From an uncultured Gemmatimonadales bacterium (GTDB lineage: Bacteria; Gemmatimonadota; Gemmatimonadetes; Gemmatimonadales; GWC2-71-9), in NCBI GenBank assembly GCA_963844035.1, contig CAWJMT010000002.1, positions 25,780 to 89,779 on the forward strand: 64,000 nucleotides of DNA, given 5' to 3'. The position numbers and the translations under genes are program-made. This document shows, piece after piece, positions 63,371 to 64,000 of the stretch; the first letter of the stretch is position 1, and each line of letters opens with the position of its first letter. The notes under the pieces are model-generated. The model saw only the letters and a list, made by a program, of their open reading frames with translations. It ran no database searches and was not told the origin of the DNA.

Positions 63371-64000
63371 ATGAATGCGATGACGCCGTACGTTGCGGTG
63401 GGGTCCACGTCCTCAACCTCGCCGGCCGTGACGCGGGCCGCCAGCATCGATTCGATAGCGGGCAAGCTTATCGCCGGCCACGGCGCGCTGGGATTTCTGC
63501 CCGAGCAGGACCTGCGTGCGCTGATGCAATGGACGACCATACGGCACTTTCAGCGCCGCGAAACGATCTTCCGGCGCGGCGATCCAGGACGTTCCGTCAT
63601 TCTGGTGCAGCAGGGCGATGTCAAGTTATCGACCACACTGGCCAACGGCCGTGAGGCGGTATTCGATGTCCTCGGGCCCGGCGGATGCGTCGGCGAAGCT
63701 GCCGCACTAAACCGGCAGCCGCGCGAAGCCGATGCGACGGCACTCACGCGCGGGCGCTTGCTGGCAATCGATGGACGACAGTTCAAACAGGTGATCGAGC
63801 GCAGACCCGAGGGGCTGCTGGCGATCATGCAACTGCTCAGCGAGCGACTGCAGAGTGCGAGAGACCAATTGGCGGACGCATTCGCACTTTCCGTTCCGGC
63901 TCGCCTGGCGAAGGCGATGAACCGGCCCGGCCATCGCGGTCATCAGACCTGCACCGCGGTGGCTCAGTTCGGTTGCGCCTGTCGCAGAGCGAGCTAGGCT
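63371..64000 (+). CDS. Crp/Fnr family transcriptional regulator (cNMP-binding domain); frameshift near 63920; continues beyond the window
   Basis: FQRRETIFRRGDPGRSVILVQQGDVKLSTTLANGREAVFDVLGPGGCVGEAAAL...ATALTRGRLLAIDGRQF. The expected HTH part (..VRLRLSQSELG) is in another frame at the window edge. Confidence 0.75.

Overview
High-GC (~68%) bacterial chromosomal segment. I saw no rRNA, tRNA, CRISPR array, transposase or integrase. The phylum cannot be determined from sequence alone.

The window has two parts:
- nt 1-29100 is a housekeeping block: TPR proteins, a polyprenyl synthase, two TatA genes, PpiD, aroQ, an M24 peptidase, accB-pilT-accC, comB, ftsK, yraN, recA, recX, alaS, gmhA, a CCA-type nucleotidyltransferase, a ZIP transporter, a TPP-enzyme/ATP-grasp pair, rarA, and LEA_2-like and VanZ-like proteins.
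- nt 29800-61800 is a large exopolysaccharide (EPS) locus carrying many markers typical of exosortase-A/PEP-CTERM-type EPS systems: an LMW tyrosine phosphatase, a PEP-CTERM-locus-type polysaccharide deacetylase, a FemAB-like protein, a DegT aminotransferase, several GT4/GT2 glycosyltransferases, an O-antigen-ligase-like protein, AsnB, an AMP-forming acyl-CoA ligase and an ACP. No exosortase gene is present in the window.

The most interesting region is nt 39250-49700, in the middle of the EPS locus. It holds four paralogous, modular predicted lipoproteins built from Big_2 and FN3 repeats plus two kinds of jelly-roll, polysaccharide-lyase-like domains. Three of the four genes have leaders that look like c-di-GMP-I (GEMM-I) riboswitches. 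There are four aptamer copies, two of them in tandem, and three carry overlapping intrinsic terminators.

The window ends with a truncated YcaO-like gene, a Cys-rich hypothetical gene and a Crp/Fnr regulator.

Caveat: dozens of genes have broken reading frames, often at C/G homopolymers. Many CDS spans below are therefore reconstructed across apparent frameshifts. These could be sequencing or assembly indels, or real pseudogenes.
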